Shown here: positions 49,834 through 59,413 of the stretch, one piece after another
How positions within the stretch are numbered: the stretch's first letter is position 1
How the letters are laid out: the number at the start of each line of letters is the position of its first letter
DNA from: an uncultured Verrucomicrobiae bacterium
GTDB taxonomy: Bacteria; Verrucomicrobiota; Verrucomicrobiia; Chthoniobacterales; JAFAMB01
Direction of reading: 5' to 3'
NCBI GenBank assembly: GCA_963813025.1
Contig: CAWEXO010000015.1
Location: 32,001 to 96,000, forward strand
DNA length: 64,000 nucleotides
The notes under the pieces: model-generated
Told to the model about the DNA's origin: nothing
The model's database searches: none
The model's input: only the letters and a program-made list of their open reading frames with translations
Translations under genes and position numbers: made by a program

Positions 49834-51243
49834 CTAGCCGACCGAGCCTTCCATCTCAAGGTCGATCAGGCGCTTCAGCTCAACGCTATACTCCATCGGG
49901 AACTGCCGGACCAGATCGTTCACGAAACCGTTCACCGCCAGACTCATGGCCTGTCCTTCGGTTAAGCCGCGCTGTTGCATATAAAAGATCTGCTCAGCAC
50001 TGATTTGACTGACCGACGCCTCATGCTGGGTAGAATTGCCGGTCCCGCGGACCGTGATCGCCGGATAAGTGTCGGTCCGGCTGCTCGAATTGATCAGCAA
50101 AGCATCGCACTCGGTATTGTTCTTACATTTCCGCAAATGCTTCGGCACATGGACAAGGCCGCGGTAAGTCGCCCTGCCTTTTCCCACGCTGATGCTCTTG
50201 GAGATAATGTTGCTCGTGGTTTCGTCGGCCGCATGGATCATCTTGGCGCCGGTATCCTGATGCTGCCCATCATTGGCCAGTGCGATGCTGATCACTTCCC
50301 CGCGCGCCTTGCGCCCTTTCAGCACCACGCCCGGATATTTCATCGTCAAGCGAGACCCGATATTGCAATCGATCCACTTGATCTCGGCTTCTTCCATGGC
50401 CAGACCACGCTTGGTCACGAGGTTGAAAACGTTGGGCGCCCAGTTCTGGACGGTGATGTACTGGATCTTCGCTCCGGGCATCGCCACGAGCTCGACCACT
50501 GCCGAATGGAGAGTCGCAGTCGTAAATTTCGGTGCCGTGCAGCCTTCCATGTACATCACTTCCGAACCTTCATCCGCGATGATCAAAGTTCGCTCAAACT
50601 GACCAAAATTTTCCGCATTGATCCGGAAGTAGGCCTGGAGCGGATGCTTGACCTTCACTCCCGGCGGCACATAAATGAAACTGCCTCCACTGAAGACAGC
50701 GCTATTCAGTGCGCTGAATTTGTTGTCACCGGTGGGAATCACTTTCCCAAACCATTTCCGGAAAATTTCCGGATGCTGTTTCAGGCCTTCGGTGCTCCCG
50801 ATAAAAATCACGCCTTGATCGGAGACCGCTTTCTTGATATTGGAGTAAACCGCTTCACTATCGAACTGCGCTTCCACCCCAGCCAGAAATTTCCGCTCGC
50901 TTTCCGGAATCCCGAGCCGCTCGAAAGTGCGTTTGATATCATCGGGAACATCCTCCCAATTTCGCTTGGGGGCATCCCCGGAAGCCAGATAGTAACGGAT
51001 CTTGTCGAAATCGATTGCCTCAAGATCTTTGCTCGCCCAGTGGGTCGGCAACGGTTTGCTCAGGAAGATACGATAAGCGTTCCGCCGAAATTCCCGGATC
51101 CATTCCGGCTCTTGTTTCGCTTCGACGATGTAATCGATCGTGTTTTCCGTCAGGCCGACACCCGCATCGCGGGCGGCCTCAACATTGTAAAAGAAGTTCC
51201 CGATATCGCGATCGATATCGAGGGTTGTCGTTGATTCGCTCAT
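49834..51243 (-). CDS. sufB: Fe-S assembly protein SufB
   Basis: [34 protein letters not shown]. Confidence 0.97.
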   Translation of the reverse strand: MSESTTTLDIDRDIGNFFYNVEAARDAGVGLTENTIDYIVEAKQEPEWIREFRRNAYRIFLSKPLPTHWASKDLEAIDFDKIRYYLASGDAPKRNWEDVPDDIKRTFERLGIPESERKFLAGVEAQFDSEAVYSNIKKAVSDQGVIFIGSTEGLKQHPEIFRKWFGKVIPTGDNKFSALNSAVFSGGSFIYVPPGVKVKHPLQAYFRINAENFGQFERTLIIADEGSEVMYMEGCTAPKFTTATLHSAVVELVAMPGAKIQYITVQNWAPNVFNLVTKRGLAMEEAEIKWIDCNIGSRLTMKYPGVVLKGRKARGEVISIALANDGQHQDTGAKMIHAADETTSNIISKSISVGKGRATYRGLVHVPKHLRKCKNNTECDALLINSSSRTDTYPAITVRGTGNSTQHEASVSQISAEQIFYMQQRGLTEGQAMSLAVNGFVNDLVRQFPMEYSVELKRLIDLEMEGSVG

Positions 51244-51261
51244 GGTGCCTCCTTGTTCAAT

Positions 51262-52032
51262 TTAAGTCGCGGCGGAGACCGGTTCACCCACCTCAGTCTT
51301 CAGCCAATCGTATCCTTTCGCCTCGAGTTCGAGAGCCAGTTCCTTTCCACCAGTTCGGACAATCCGGCCCTCGTACATCACGTGAACCAGATCAGGGGTA
51401 ATATAGTTCAAAAGTCGCTGGTAATGCGTGATCAACAGAATGCCGATGGCCGGTCCGCTCAGCTTGTTGACTCCGTGCGCCACCACCTTGAGGGCATCGA
51501 TGTCCAGCCCGCTATCGGTCTCGTCCAACACCGCAAAAGAAGGCTCCAGAACGGCCAATTGCAGGATTTCGTTCCGTTTCTTTTCGCCACCGGAAAATCC
51601 TTCGTTTACCGAACGTGCGGTGAACTCGCGTTTGATCTCCAGTTCATCCATTTTTTCGTAAAGCCGTTCATAAAAATCCACCGCATCGAGTTCTTCACCT
51701 TCGGGGAGCCGGGCCTGGACAGCTGCGCGCAGGAAATTGGCGTTGCTGACACCGGGGATCTCCATCGGATATTGAAAAGCCATGAAGATACCTTTGCGGG
51801 CGCGCTCATCGGGTTCGAGCTCCAGGATACTTTGGCCATCTAACAGGATATCGCCGGAGAAAACCTGATAATCCGGATGACCGGCAATTACCTTGGCCAA
51901 AGTGCTTTTGCCCGACCCATTCGGGCCCATCACCGCATGCACTTCCCCTTGGCTGAACTCCAGGTTCAGTCCGCGAATTATTTCCTGCTGATTGATCCCG
52001 GCACGCAGTTCTTTAATAACGATTGAACTCAT
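51262..52032 (-). CDS. sufC: Fe-S assembly ATPase SufC
   Basis: [40 protein letters not shown] 52032 overlaps the upstream stop. Confidence 0.96.
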   Translation of the reverse strand: MSSIVIKELRAGINQQEIIRGLNLEFSQGEVHAVMGPNGSGKSTLAKVIAGHPDYQVFSGDILLDGQSILELEPDERARKGIFMAFQYPMEIPGVSNANFLRAAVQARLPEGEELDAVDFYERLYEKMDELEIKREFTARSVNEGFSGGEKKRNEILQLAVLEPSFAVLDETDSGLDIDALKVVAHGVNKLSGPAIGILLITHYQRLLNYITPDLVHVMYEGRIVRTGGKELALELEAKGYDWLKTEVGEPVSAAT

Positions 52033-52538
52033 AATTGATTCTCCGGCGAGGCTGTGCGTGAGGCCGCGGAGGCTAGGGTGGTAAGCATAGCGCTGCGCAC
52101 CGGTGCTCCCTCGTCTAGTCGCCTCTCTGAGCATTCCGGACAAACCCCCTTGAAAGTTACTTCCGCGTGGGAAACCACGAAACCCGTTCCGAGCTTCCAG
52201 CTGGACGCGGCTGGCGCTTCCACATCAAAAACTGAACCGCAACGTTCGCAGAAAAAATGGCTGTGTTCCAGCAGGTTCGGACAGTAGCGCGTCGGTGCGC
52301 GCTGCAAGTTCACCTGCTTCACCAAACCATTCTGCACCAACGCTTCCAAACAGTTGTAAATGGTCGCCAACGAAATCGAGGGCATATGCCGTTTTGCGCG
52401 CAGAAAAACCTCCGCCGCGGTCGGATGATCGCGTTTTTGCAGAAGAATCCCCAACACCTCTTCACGTTGGCGCGTGAGACGGATTCCGCTGGCGGCGAGC
52501 CGCTGGCTTATGTGCGCTGAGAGTCTCAAACACCTCAC
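52029..52538 (-). CDS. Fur-family (PerR-like) regulator; start uncertain (GTG 52538 or TTG 52529)
   Basis: [37 protein letters not shown]. Confidence 0.9.
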   Translation of the reverse strand: MRCLRLSAHISQRLAASGIRLTRQREEVLGILLQKRDHPTAAEVFLRAKRHMPSISLATIYNCLEALVQNGLVKQVNLQRAPTRYCPNLLEHSHFFCERCGSVFDVEAPAASSWKLGTGFVVSHAEVTFKGVCPECSERRLDEGAPVRSAMLTTLASAASRTASPENQL

Positions 52539-52561
52539 GATGCCACAATCGATAACGATAT

Positions 52562-52576
52562 CAAGAATCATTCTAA
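52562..52576 (-). promoter_or_regulatory. Per/Fur-box-like 7-1-7 palindrome
   Basis: TTAGAATGATTCTTG with palindromic core AGAATGATTCT, about 25 nt upstream of the regulator. Confidence 0.55.
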
Positions 52577-52689
52577 AAAGGGGCGTGTGGGCGTGTCGGC
52601 GGTACGCAGAACGCAGTACGCCGACACGCAGTACGCCATTGACCGGCGCTCCGATCCTGCGCAAGTTGCCACCGGCTTTCTCCCCCCAA

Positions 52690-53871
52690 ATGAGACGTTG
52701 TGTTCTTACGCTCCTGTTTTTTGTTCTAAGCGAAGCGCATCTATTGGCCTGGACCGATAACGAGCTCACCATCTGGATGGATGCCGATCGGGTCAACGCC
52801 ATGCGCCAGATCGCGCAACGGTTCGAAGACCGTTTCGGAATCAAGGTGGTGCTCGAGACCCCCGAGAAAATCACGAATAACTTTCCGATGGCCGCCCAGG
52901 TCGGCAAAGGGCCAGACGTGGTGATCTGGGCCCATGATAAGGTCGGAGAGTGGGCTGACTCCGGCTTGATCGCGCCGCTGGATCTAACGGCGGAATATAA
53001 GAAAAGAATATTCCCGAAAGCTTGGGACGCGGTGACACATGCCAGGCAGATCTGGGGCTATCCGATCAGCTTCGAAGTAGTCGGGCTGATCTACAATAAG
53101 AAGCTCATCGACGGACCGCCGCCGGCGCAGCTCTCCGATCTGATCGCTTTGCACCAGCAGATTCAGAAAAAACATCCCGGCGTGATGACGATTCTCTGGG
53201 ATTACAGCAGCCCATATTATTCCTGGGGCGTACTGGCGAGCGGCGGAGCCTACATTTTCGGCCGAACAGACGAAGGTTACAATTTCGGCGATATCGGTGT
53301 CGACTGCGCTGGGGCGGTCGAGGCGCTGGACAAGATAATCCATCTCATTCAGATGGGTGTTCTGCCAAAAACCGCTTCAAGCAGCAGTATGCCAAAAGAG
53401 CTGATGGCGCAGGGCAAGCTGGCCATGATGATCTCCGGCCCATGGGACTGGCTGGACTTGATGAAACACGGTATCGATTTCGGCATGGCCCCTATCCCAG
53501 GAATTAACGGGCGACCTGGGAGAGCATTTATTGGGGTTTCGGCTGCTTATATCAACCGCATCTCACCCAATCGCGATCTGGCGAAGGAATTTTTGGAAAA
53601 CTATGTGATTACGGACGAGGGACTTCAGCTGCTGGATCAGGCAAAACCGATCGGTCTTCCCGCCCTCATTTCTTCCTATGAAAAACTATCGCAGAACAAT
53701 GACCTCCTGCGACAGATGAAGATATGCGCTGATTACGGCCAGGTGATGCCAAATATTCCGCAGATGGGACGTTTTTGGACATCGATGGGTTCCGCGCTGC
53801 AGCTTGCAACTAACGGTCAACAGGCTTCCCAGGCAGCTCTGAGCGAAGCGAAACGAGGAATGAGCCAATGA
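52690..53871 (+). CDS. malE: Maltose/maltodextrin-binding periplasmic protein
   Basis: Signal peptide; GPDVVIWAHD, LIYNKKL, MMISGPW, MPNIPQMGRFW. Confidence 0.88.
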   Translation: MRRCVLTLLFFVLSEAHLLAWTDNELTIWMDADRVNAMRQIAQRFEDRFGIKVVLETPEKITNNFPMAAQVGKGPDVVIWAHDKVGEWADSGLIAPLDLTAEYKKRIFPKAWDAVTHARQIWGYPISFEVVGLIYNKKLIDGPPPAQLSDLIALHQQIQKKHPGVMTILWDYSSPYYSWGVLASGGAYIFGRTDEGYNFGDIGVDCAGAVEALDKIIHLIQMGVLPKTASSSSMPKELMAQGKLAMMISGPWDWLDLMKHGIDFGMAPIPGINGRPGRAFIGVSAAYINRISPNRDLAKEFLENYVITDEGLQLLDQAKPIGLPALISSYEKLSQNNDLLRQMKICADYGQVMPNIPQMGRFWTSMGSALQLATNGQQASQAALSEAKRGMSQ

Positions 53872-54887
53872 AAGCCATTGTATATGATGCCCCGCGCGAT
53901 TTCCGCTATCGCGATGAACCTGAACCGAAGATTGAACCGGATGATGTTCTGATCGAAGTGGCGGCCTGCGGATTGTGCGGCACCGACCTGCACATCCATG
54001 AGGGCGAATTCGCGCCCGGCTTTCCATTAATTCCAGGGCATGAATTTACCGGACGGCTTGCTGAGCTGGGTTCGGCCGTCAGCGGACTTGCGTTGGGTCA
54101 GCGTGTCGTGGCCAACAGCAACGAGGCGTGCGGTAAGTGTTTTTACTGTCGTCGCGGCGATTTTCTGCTGTGCGAAAACCTGGCGGCCTACGGCGTGACG
54201 AAGAATGGCGGATTCGCGCAGTTGATGAAGATCAGCGCGAGCCAGGTGTTTCCAATCAGCCATCTGACCGACCGCGAGGCCGTCATGGTAGAACCGACCG
54301 CGTGCGCGCTCCACGGCATGGAAGTTCTCGCGCTGAAGCCGGGGAGCGAGGTGCTCTTGCTTGGCGCCGGACCCACCGGGCAGGTTCTCGCGCAGCTCCT
54401 GAAACTAAACGGAGCAGCCCACCTGGTAGTGGCCGCCCCAGCGGGGCCGAAACTCGATCTGGTCGAACGGTTGGCCGCGGACGCGGTTGTTCCGCTCGAT
54501 CGCAAGGATCCCGCGCCTCACCGAAGGCGGCTGTGCGAGTTGAGTCCAAACGGCTTTGATTATGTTATTGAGGCGACCGGAGCGGCCAAACTCTGCGAGG
54601 AGGCGCTGCGCTTCGTCCGGCGTCGCGGAACGATTTTGATTTACGGCGTTTATCCGGAAAAGGCGTTGGCGAGCTTTCGTCCATTCGATCTGTTCCGCAA
54701 AGAGGTGACAATCAAGGGCTCCTTTGCCCAAATTGATTCATTTGCTCGGGCGCTGGCCTACCTGGAGGACGGAAAGATTCGCGTGAACGAGATTGTCACT
54801 CATCAAATTCCTTTGCCGGAATACCAGAAAGCACTGGAACTGGCCTGGGCGAGGCAGGGGATCAAGACCGCGATCATTCCTGGTTGA
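53868..54887 (+). CDS. Zinc-dependent alcohol/polyol dehydrogenase
   Basis: CGTDLH, GHEFTG, CGKCFYC..C, GAGPTG; ATGA overlap with malE. Confidence 0.93.
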   Translation: MKAIVYDAPRDFRYRDEPEPKIEPDDVLIEVAACGLCGTDLHIHEGEFAPGFPLIPGHEFTGRLAELGSAVSGLALGQRVVANSNEACGKCFYCRRGDFLLCENLAAYGVTKNGGFAQLMKISASQVFPISHLTDREAVMVEPTACALHGMEVLALKPGSEVLLLGAGPTGQVLAQLLKLNGAAHLVVAAPAGPKLDLVERLAADAVVPLDRKDPAPHRRRLCELSPNGFDYVIEATGAAKLCEEALRFVRRRGTILIYGVYPEKALASFRPFDLFRKEVTIKGSFAQIDSFARALAYLEDGKIRVNEIVTHQIPLPEYQKALELAWARQGIKTAIIPG

Positions 54888-54908
54888 TACTGGCGTCGCT
54901 CACCTCAC

Positions 54909-55290
54909 GTAGCGCCGACGGCCTCGTCGGTACTCCGGTAAACACGCCCAAGACGTCGCGCGATCCTCTCGATCCGGTGACGCTCAAGGCCGGGCTATGC
55001 AGAACTCCAGAGCGTGTATTCATCTGAACTAAGACCGGCTTTGCTTGGATTCCTTCGCAGGTAATCGCGAAAACTTTCCAGCCGGACAGCATCACGAACG
55101 ATGTGATCAAAGTATTCCCGCATCCACAGAGTTCCCAAACCTCGGCGAAATGTATTGATACCCGCAATGTACCGACGAGGCCGTTGGCGTTACATATCAC
55201 ACTCACAGCCTGCTGCGCCGTCGAGATCAAGAGATTGCGCAACGTGCTGGGCATCTCCCCCCGGTGTACCGACGAGGCCGTCGGCGCTAC
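54909..55290. mobile_element. REP-bounded non-autonomous element containing a RAYT remnant
   Basis: GTAGCGCCGACGGCCTCGTCGGTAC (54909-54933), exact inverse at 55266-55290, variant at 55169-55193; the arms extend to about 65 bp imperfectly. Confidence 0.85.
54995..55168 (-). pseudogene. C-terminal fragment of a REP-associated tyrosine transposase (RAYT)
   Basis: Manual translation IAGINTFRRGLGTLWMREYFDHIVRDAVRLESFRDYLRRNPSKAGLSSDEYTLWSSA*. Confidence 0.85.
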
Positions 55291-55411
55291 GTAGCGTTCC
55301 TACGCGGAGCCTGACGCGTCCTCGATGAACCGAGCGATCGCGCAAACTTCAAAGTCCGAGACGCTCGAGGCCGTCCGCGCTACATAACCTGGACTTGCGT
55401 TCAGATCCTCA

Positions 55412-55497
55412 TTCCGGCCCTACCGGGACGGATCCCCTGGATGGAATTTATACCGGCAATCAATTGCCGGCCTATTCTCTTTTTGCTCCTCCGGAGC
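55412..55497. repeat. Second REP-like palindromic unit
   Basis: CCCTACCGGGAC, CCGGCAATCAATTGCCGG, GCTCCTCCGGAGC hairpins. Confidence 0.55.
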
Positions 55498-55608
55498 GGA
55501 AGCCAAAGTCCGACAGAGGCGGTCTGCGCCAAGTAAAGTGAGCGATGCACAGATTCACTTGCGACCGGTACCTGCCATGTTAAATATTCGATTCCCTCAA
55601 GGGCTCGC

Positions 55609-55689
55609 GCTCGGGTGGTGAAATGGCAGACACGTACGTTTGAGGGGCGTATGCCGTAAGGCGTGGGGGTTCAAGTCCCCCCCCGAGCA
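55609..55689 (+). tRNA. tRNA-Leu(GAG), CCA not encoded
   Basis: GCTCGGG/CCCGAGC acceptor stem, TACGT-TTGAGGG-GCGTA anticodon arm, variable arm, GGTTCAAGTCC. Confidence 0.95.
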
Positions 55690-55732
55690 GAGATTCCCAC
55701 CTTTAAGTGGTTGTTTTTGAAGAACTTACGTT

Positions 55733-56068
55733 TTAAGACGCTTGGACAGATTCAGAATCTCGACCCCCACCGCCTGATGCCCCGATCAAAATCCAAGACC
55801 ACTCCAGGCAAAACTCTTTGAACTCGGCCATACTCCTATCGACGTCTGGATCCAAACGATGAATATCGATGGTGATGGCGGACGACGAGAATTCGGACTT
55901 AGCGGCCAATGCCGCGGAACAGAAAGTGACAAGGAACCGCCGCAAATTCGCTTTGCGGATATCACGCTCCCGGATTGAAAAGGATTGTGGCTTGTCTGCG
56001 GCCTTTATTCTCAGGGATAGCAGCGAGAATTCGCGAGAACTTCCCTTCGCGCGCTCGGGCGAGTTCAA
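55733..56068 (-). pseudogene. Probable 5'-truncated hypothetical gene next to attC
   Basis: Open frame with no convincing start or RBS. Confidence 0.35.
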
Positions 56069-56115
56069 TAGCTGTTTCTCGACCCTGTCTGGTTAGCCGA
56101 ATCAAGACTTTCTTC

Positions 56116-56215
56116 GACTAACGGACCGACGTTCAGCGGCTGGGCGGGCGCTCGACCACTTCTCGAATCAAGAGGACCGCGACGCCCGCCGGCCCGCTGG
56201 AACGGCTGGTTATAC
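56116..56215 (-). other. Integron attC site 1 (100 bp)
   Basis: Minus strand: R'' GTATAAC, 5-nt spacer, L'' GTTCCAGC, central inverted repeat, L' GCTGAAC, R' GTTAGTC. Confidence 0.85.
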
Positions 56216-56343
56216 CGCCTCTAGTGAGGGCGAGAATATGTTCTCCCCTTGGGTCGAAAACCGCAGGCGCGGGACCGAGCGGGTTTTGGTCCGCCCGTGG
56301 TGTCCCCTTGCGCTTCCGAGATGCACGCTTCGAAGATGCAACC

Positions 56344-56829
56344 TCAACCGCGGCGCGCCGTCTCGATTGCAGCGATGTCGATCTTTTTCATCTGCATCAT
56401 CGCATCGAACGCGCGCTTGGCGGCAGCGGAATCGGGACCGGTTACCGCTTTGGTCAGAGCGATCGGCGTGATCTGCCAGGACAATCCCCATTTGTCCTTG
56501 CACCAGCCGCACTCACTCTCTTCGCCGTCGTTGCCGACGATCGCGTTCCAATAACGATCAGTTTCGGCCTGGTCAGCGGTTGCGACCTGAAAGGAGAACG
56601 CTTCGTTGTGCTTGAATGCGGGTCCGCCATTGAGCCCGAGGCAGGGAATCCCCATCACGGTAAACTCTACCGTCAACACATTCCCTTTCTTCCCGGACGG
56701 AAAGTCTCCCGGTGCGCGATGCACCGCGCCGACGGATGAATCGGGAAAGGTCTTGGCGTAGAATCGCGCCGCGTCCTCGGCGTCACCATCGTACCAAAGG
56801 CAAATCGTGTTCTTTGCTGGCTTCGTCAT
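56344..56829 (-). CDS. VOC-family PhnB-like (3-demethylubiquinone-9 methyltransferase-like) protein in a gene cassette
   Basis: ICLWYD, LNGGP, FSFQV, CGWCKDKWGLSWQI, KKIDIA. Confidence 0.92.
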   Translation of the reverse strand: MTKPAKNTICLWYDGDAEDAARFYAKTFPDSSVGAVHRAPGDFPSGKKGNVLTVEFTVMGIPCLGLNGGPAFKHNEAFSFQVATADQAETDRYWNAIVGNDGEESECGWCKDKWGLSWQITPIALTKAVTGPDSAAAKRAFDAMMQMKKIDIAAIETARRG

Positions 56830-56849
56830 GTCACTTCTCCATCGTGGCG

Positions 56850-56910
56850 GGATAACGCCCGCGCTCAGGGGCGCCGCGATTGCGGCGTCCCTTGGAGCGC
56901 GTTGTTAGCG
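56850..56910 (-). other. Integron attC site 2 (61 bp)
   Basis: Minus strand: R'' CGCTAAC, AACGC, L'' GCTCCAAG, hairpin, L' CCTGAGC, R' GTTATCC, followed by a GGAG RBS and ATG. Confidence 0.85.
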
Positions 56911-56933
56911 CGCACAGTTTGTAGACAGCCTAT

Positions 56934-57232
56934 TCACGTCGCATCTGTAGCCATCTTGGCGCGCTGGGTCAATTCTTTCGCGCTTGGCTCGGCCTGGCTA
57001 AGCGAGCCAAACGGAATATCTCCGGCTGGAACATAGGTGCTCATCACAACGCCAGTTGTTGAAACCTTCGAAGCCACGAGCCGCAGTGCACATGGCCTTG
57101 CACCATTTTCGAACAATCGCTTTCCACGGCCAAGAACTACCGGGTACGTCCATACGTTGTATTCGCCAATGAGCGATGCGGCTTGTAACGTCTGAATCAG
57201 ATTGCCGCTGCCAATGATTTGAAGGTTGAACC
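56934..57232 (-). pseudogene. C-terminal half of a dihydrofolate reductase/RibD-C family cassette gene
   Basis: IIGSGNLIQTL..PVVLGRGKRLF..GVVMSTY; N-terminal half missing. Confidence 0.8.
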
Positions 57233-57611
57233 ACGCGCCAAGCCGAACCATTCACGATGAATAAGGTGGCGAGACACTCTGGCAGGCGGCCGCCCATGGT
57301 CCACGAATATACAGTTTTCCCTCTGCAGACGCACGATTCGATTGAAAACCTCAAGTCCGTTCTGTGTACCAGGTATACCAGCTGACGAATGGCCCCTGTT
57401 TTGCTCCCCGCCGCCAGGGGTAGGACGGGTCGTCGGCAGCGAAGAGAACCATTTCGAATCGCCCCATACAATTAAACCACCGGAGACAAATGTTCGAAGA
57501 ACAGCCGCTAGAATTAATGCGAGGCAAAGAAGGCAAAGTATCTTGAACGTCTTCCAGATCGTTTGCGACTATAAATCCGTAACCTTTCTGCTCGCATCAG
57601 CTTACATTCTA

Positions 57612-57653
57612 AGCCGACAATCGGGTTCGAACCGATGATCTGCTGATTACAAA
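57612..57653 (-). other. Orphan 3' half of tRNA-Thr(TGT), probable att site
   Basis: TTTGTAA-TCAGC-AGATC-ATCGG-TTCGAAC-CCGAT-TGTCGGC-T; no D-arm or 5' acceptor strand upstream. Confidence 0.85.
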
Positions 57654-58040
57654 CGCCACAGTCATTTGGGCGTTTGACATACTTACCTATGTAAATAGCG
57701 GCTTCGACGACCCTCCGCAACCTTCAAAATCCGCCGAAATCCCCTCGCAGTGGCAGTATTTGGCAGTGAAGTTCAACGCATGTTTTACGCGTAAAGAACG
57801 AATTGTTGTTTATCTTGTTGTGCGTACCAGCAACTAATCTCTAACGCAAACCGATAAAGACCACCTCTGCGCGGAGCGAGCATCGTCAAGGTGGAGCGCA
57901 GCGAGAGCGAGCAATACCTTGACGGCGCACAGCGAGCGATACAATCGAACGCTCGTTTTGGTTGCGGCTCTGCATATGTGCCCCGGCCTGGTGCACAATT
58001 ATTTTGCCGATTTGCTGAAACGTTATCACGGCAGAACTAC

Positions 58041-58915
58041 TCACACACGGTTGAAAGTGGATAACCAGCCGTCAAGAATCGGTAGAACCTGTTTAAGTTC
58101 CGGCGGTTTGTCGAAAAACATTTCGCGCATTGATTCCAGGTCTTTCGAGAGGTCCGCGACACGATCTTAGGGCGGAAGAAGTCGCAGCGTCCCTCTCACA
58201 GCAGTCGGATAATTAGCCCACGCTGACCGATAAAACGTCTGCTTATGCTCCACTACGGCTTTGAGCAATTTCTCGTCATTCGCGGCTTTGTCCGCTACTT
58301 TCGACGTGATCATTTCGGCAACGTCGCAGTAATGCCGGGAATAGCGCGCTGGAAAAGGCTTGTCAGCCGGTAAGTGCGCCAACTGATGGAGAATCGTAGC
58401 TTTTTCCCAAAATGTGCGCCTAACGTCCATCACTTTGACCTCGATCCTTGATTCCTGCATGGCATCGCGGATTGCCTCCGCCAAGTAAGGCTGCACTTTT
58501 TTAATCTCTGCAGGCCAATGATCGGAGCGCGCGCCAAACTCGATCTTTACGGATGGCCGAAGGTATGCGGTCGCATCCTGTGTCAACCCTGTTCGAGGAT
58601 AAGCGAAAGCAAGCGACTGTTGATCAGGATCGGTATCATCCTTCCTTAGTGTGCCATTCTCCTTGAGTCTCTGATCTCTAATCATCTGGTCTAGCTCCGG
58701 CAAAACTCTTTCGAAAATTCGCAATTTCGCGGCATCAGCTAACGCATCGACCCGACGTGTCCGGGCCTTGTTAGACAGTTTTGGATTGGCTCGATCGTTC
58801 TCTCCGCCAAATCCAAGGCTATCCCGCTGGATAGAAATATCGATGTCTTCGGAAAAGCGGCGGATCAGTCGGTAGGCCTTCGACAAAGATGTGCCACCTT
58901 TGAAATCGAGTTTCG
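58041..58915 (-). pseudogene. AbiEii/AbiGii nucleotidyltransferase toxin, 5' truncated with a premature stop
   Basis: FKGGTSLSKAY..RFSEDID, KIEFGAR, RTFWEKATILH, SRHYCD; TAA at 58167 with the frame continuing to 58041. Confidence 0.9.
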
Positions 58916-59010
58916 ACCAACTGAGATCGAATATTACGTCGAGGCTAAGGAACTGGAGGGCTCTGCTCCCGCCAGTGCGGCAAGGACGTTGCAGCACAAC
59001 TCGCGGCTTG

Positions 59011-59391
59011 ATGCCGATCGCGCCTAACGAGGACATCGTCCGCGCGATTTTGACGGACAAGTGGGATGGCCAACGTGTCTCTCCAAGTTTATTCCGCGGG
59101 CAGAACGTCTTCGTTAGTCGTCTGTCAGTATTCCCGCTTGCCGACCACTGGGATATTTTTCGGGCGCGCCTGGAAAATCCGCCGGAACGCCGGCTGGAAC
59201 GAATCGGCGAAATCAACGTCGGTCAGCTCCAGCAGATTGGTCGCGACTACAAAGATCCCGTCGAATTAACGGTCGAGGCTAAACCGGAAGATTGGAATCA
59301 AGCACACGCGGAAGTTCCGGAGAAGATCACGAAGGGATTGTCGAGAAGAATCGTTAACGCGCTCACGCTTCACAGTCCACCCGACGATTAG
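59011..59391 (+). CDS. Hypothetical protein, possibly an ART/RES-like toxin fold
   Basis: EDIVRAI..SPSLF..VFVSR..NQAHAEV; TGATG overlap with an upstream gene remnant. Confidence 0.6.
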   Translation: MPIAPNEDIVRAILTDKWDGQRVSPSLFRGQNVFVSRLSVFPLADHWDIFRARLENPPERRLERIGEINVGQLQQIGRDYKDPVELTVEAKPEDWNQAHAEVPEKITKGLSRRIVNALTLHSPPDD

Positions 59392-59413
59392 TCACGACGG
59401 GGCAAAGATTCAA

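Noticed and set aside
49975..51234. 419-aa plus-strand ORF, and similar long antisense ORFs such as 44390-45313 and 13387-14127
   Set aside because: Antisense shadows of well-supported genes, expected at high GC
57884..57924. CGTCAAGGT...ACCTTGACG palindrome as a third attC or an oriT
   Set aside because: Lacks the R''/L''/L'/R' layout and no relaxase is nearby
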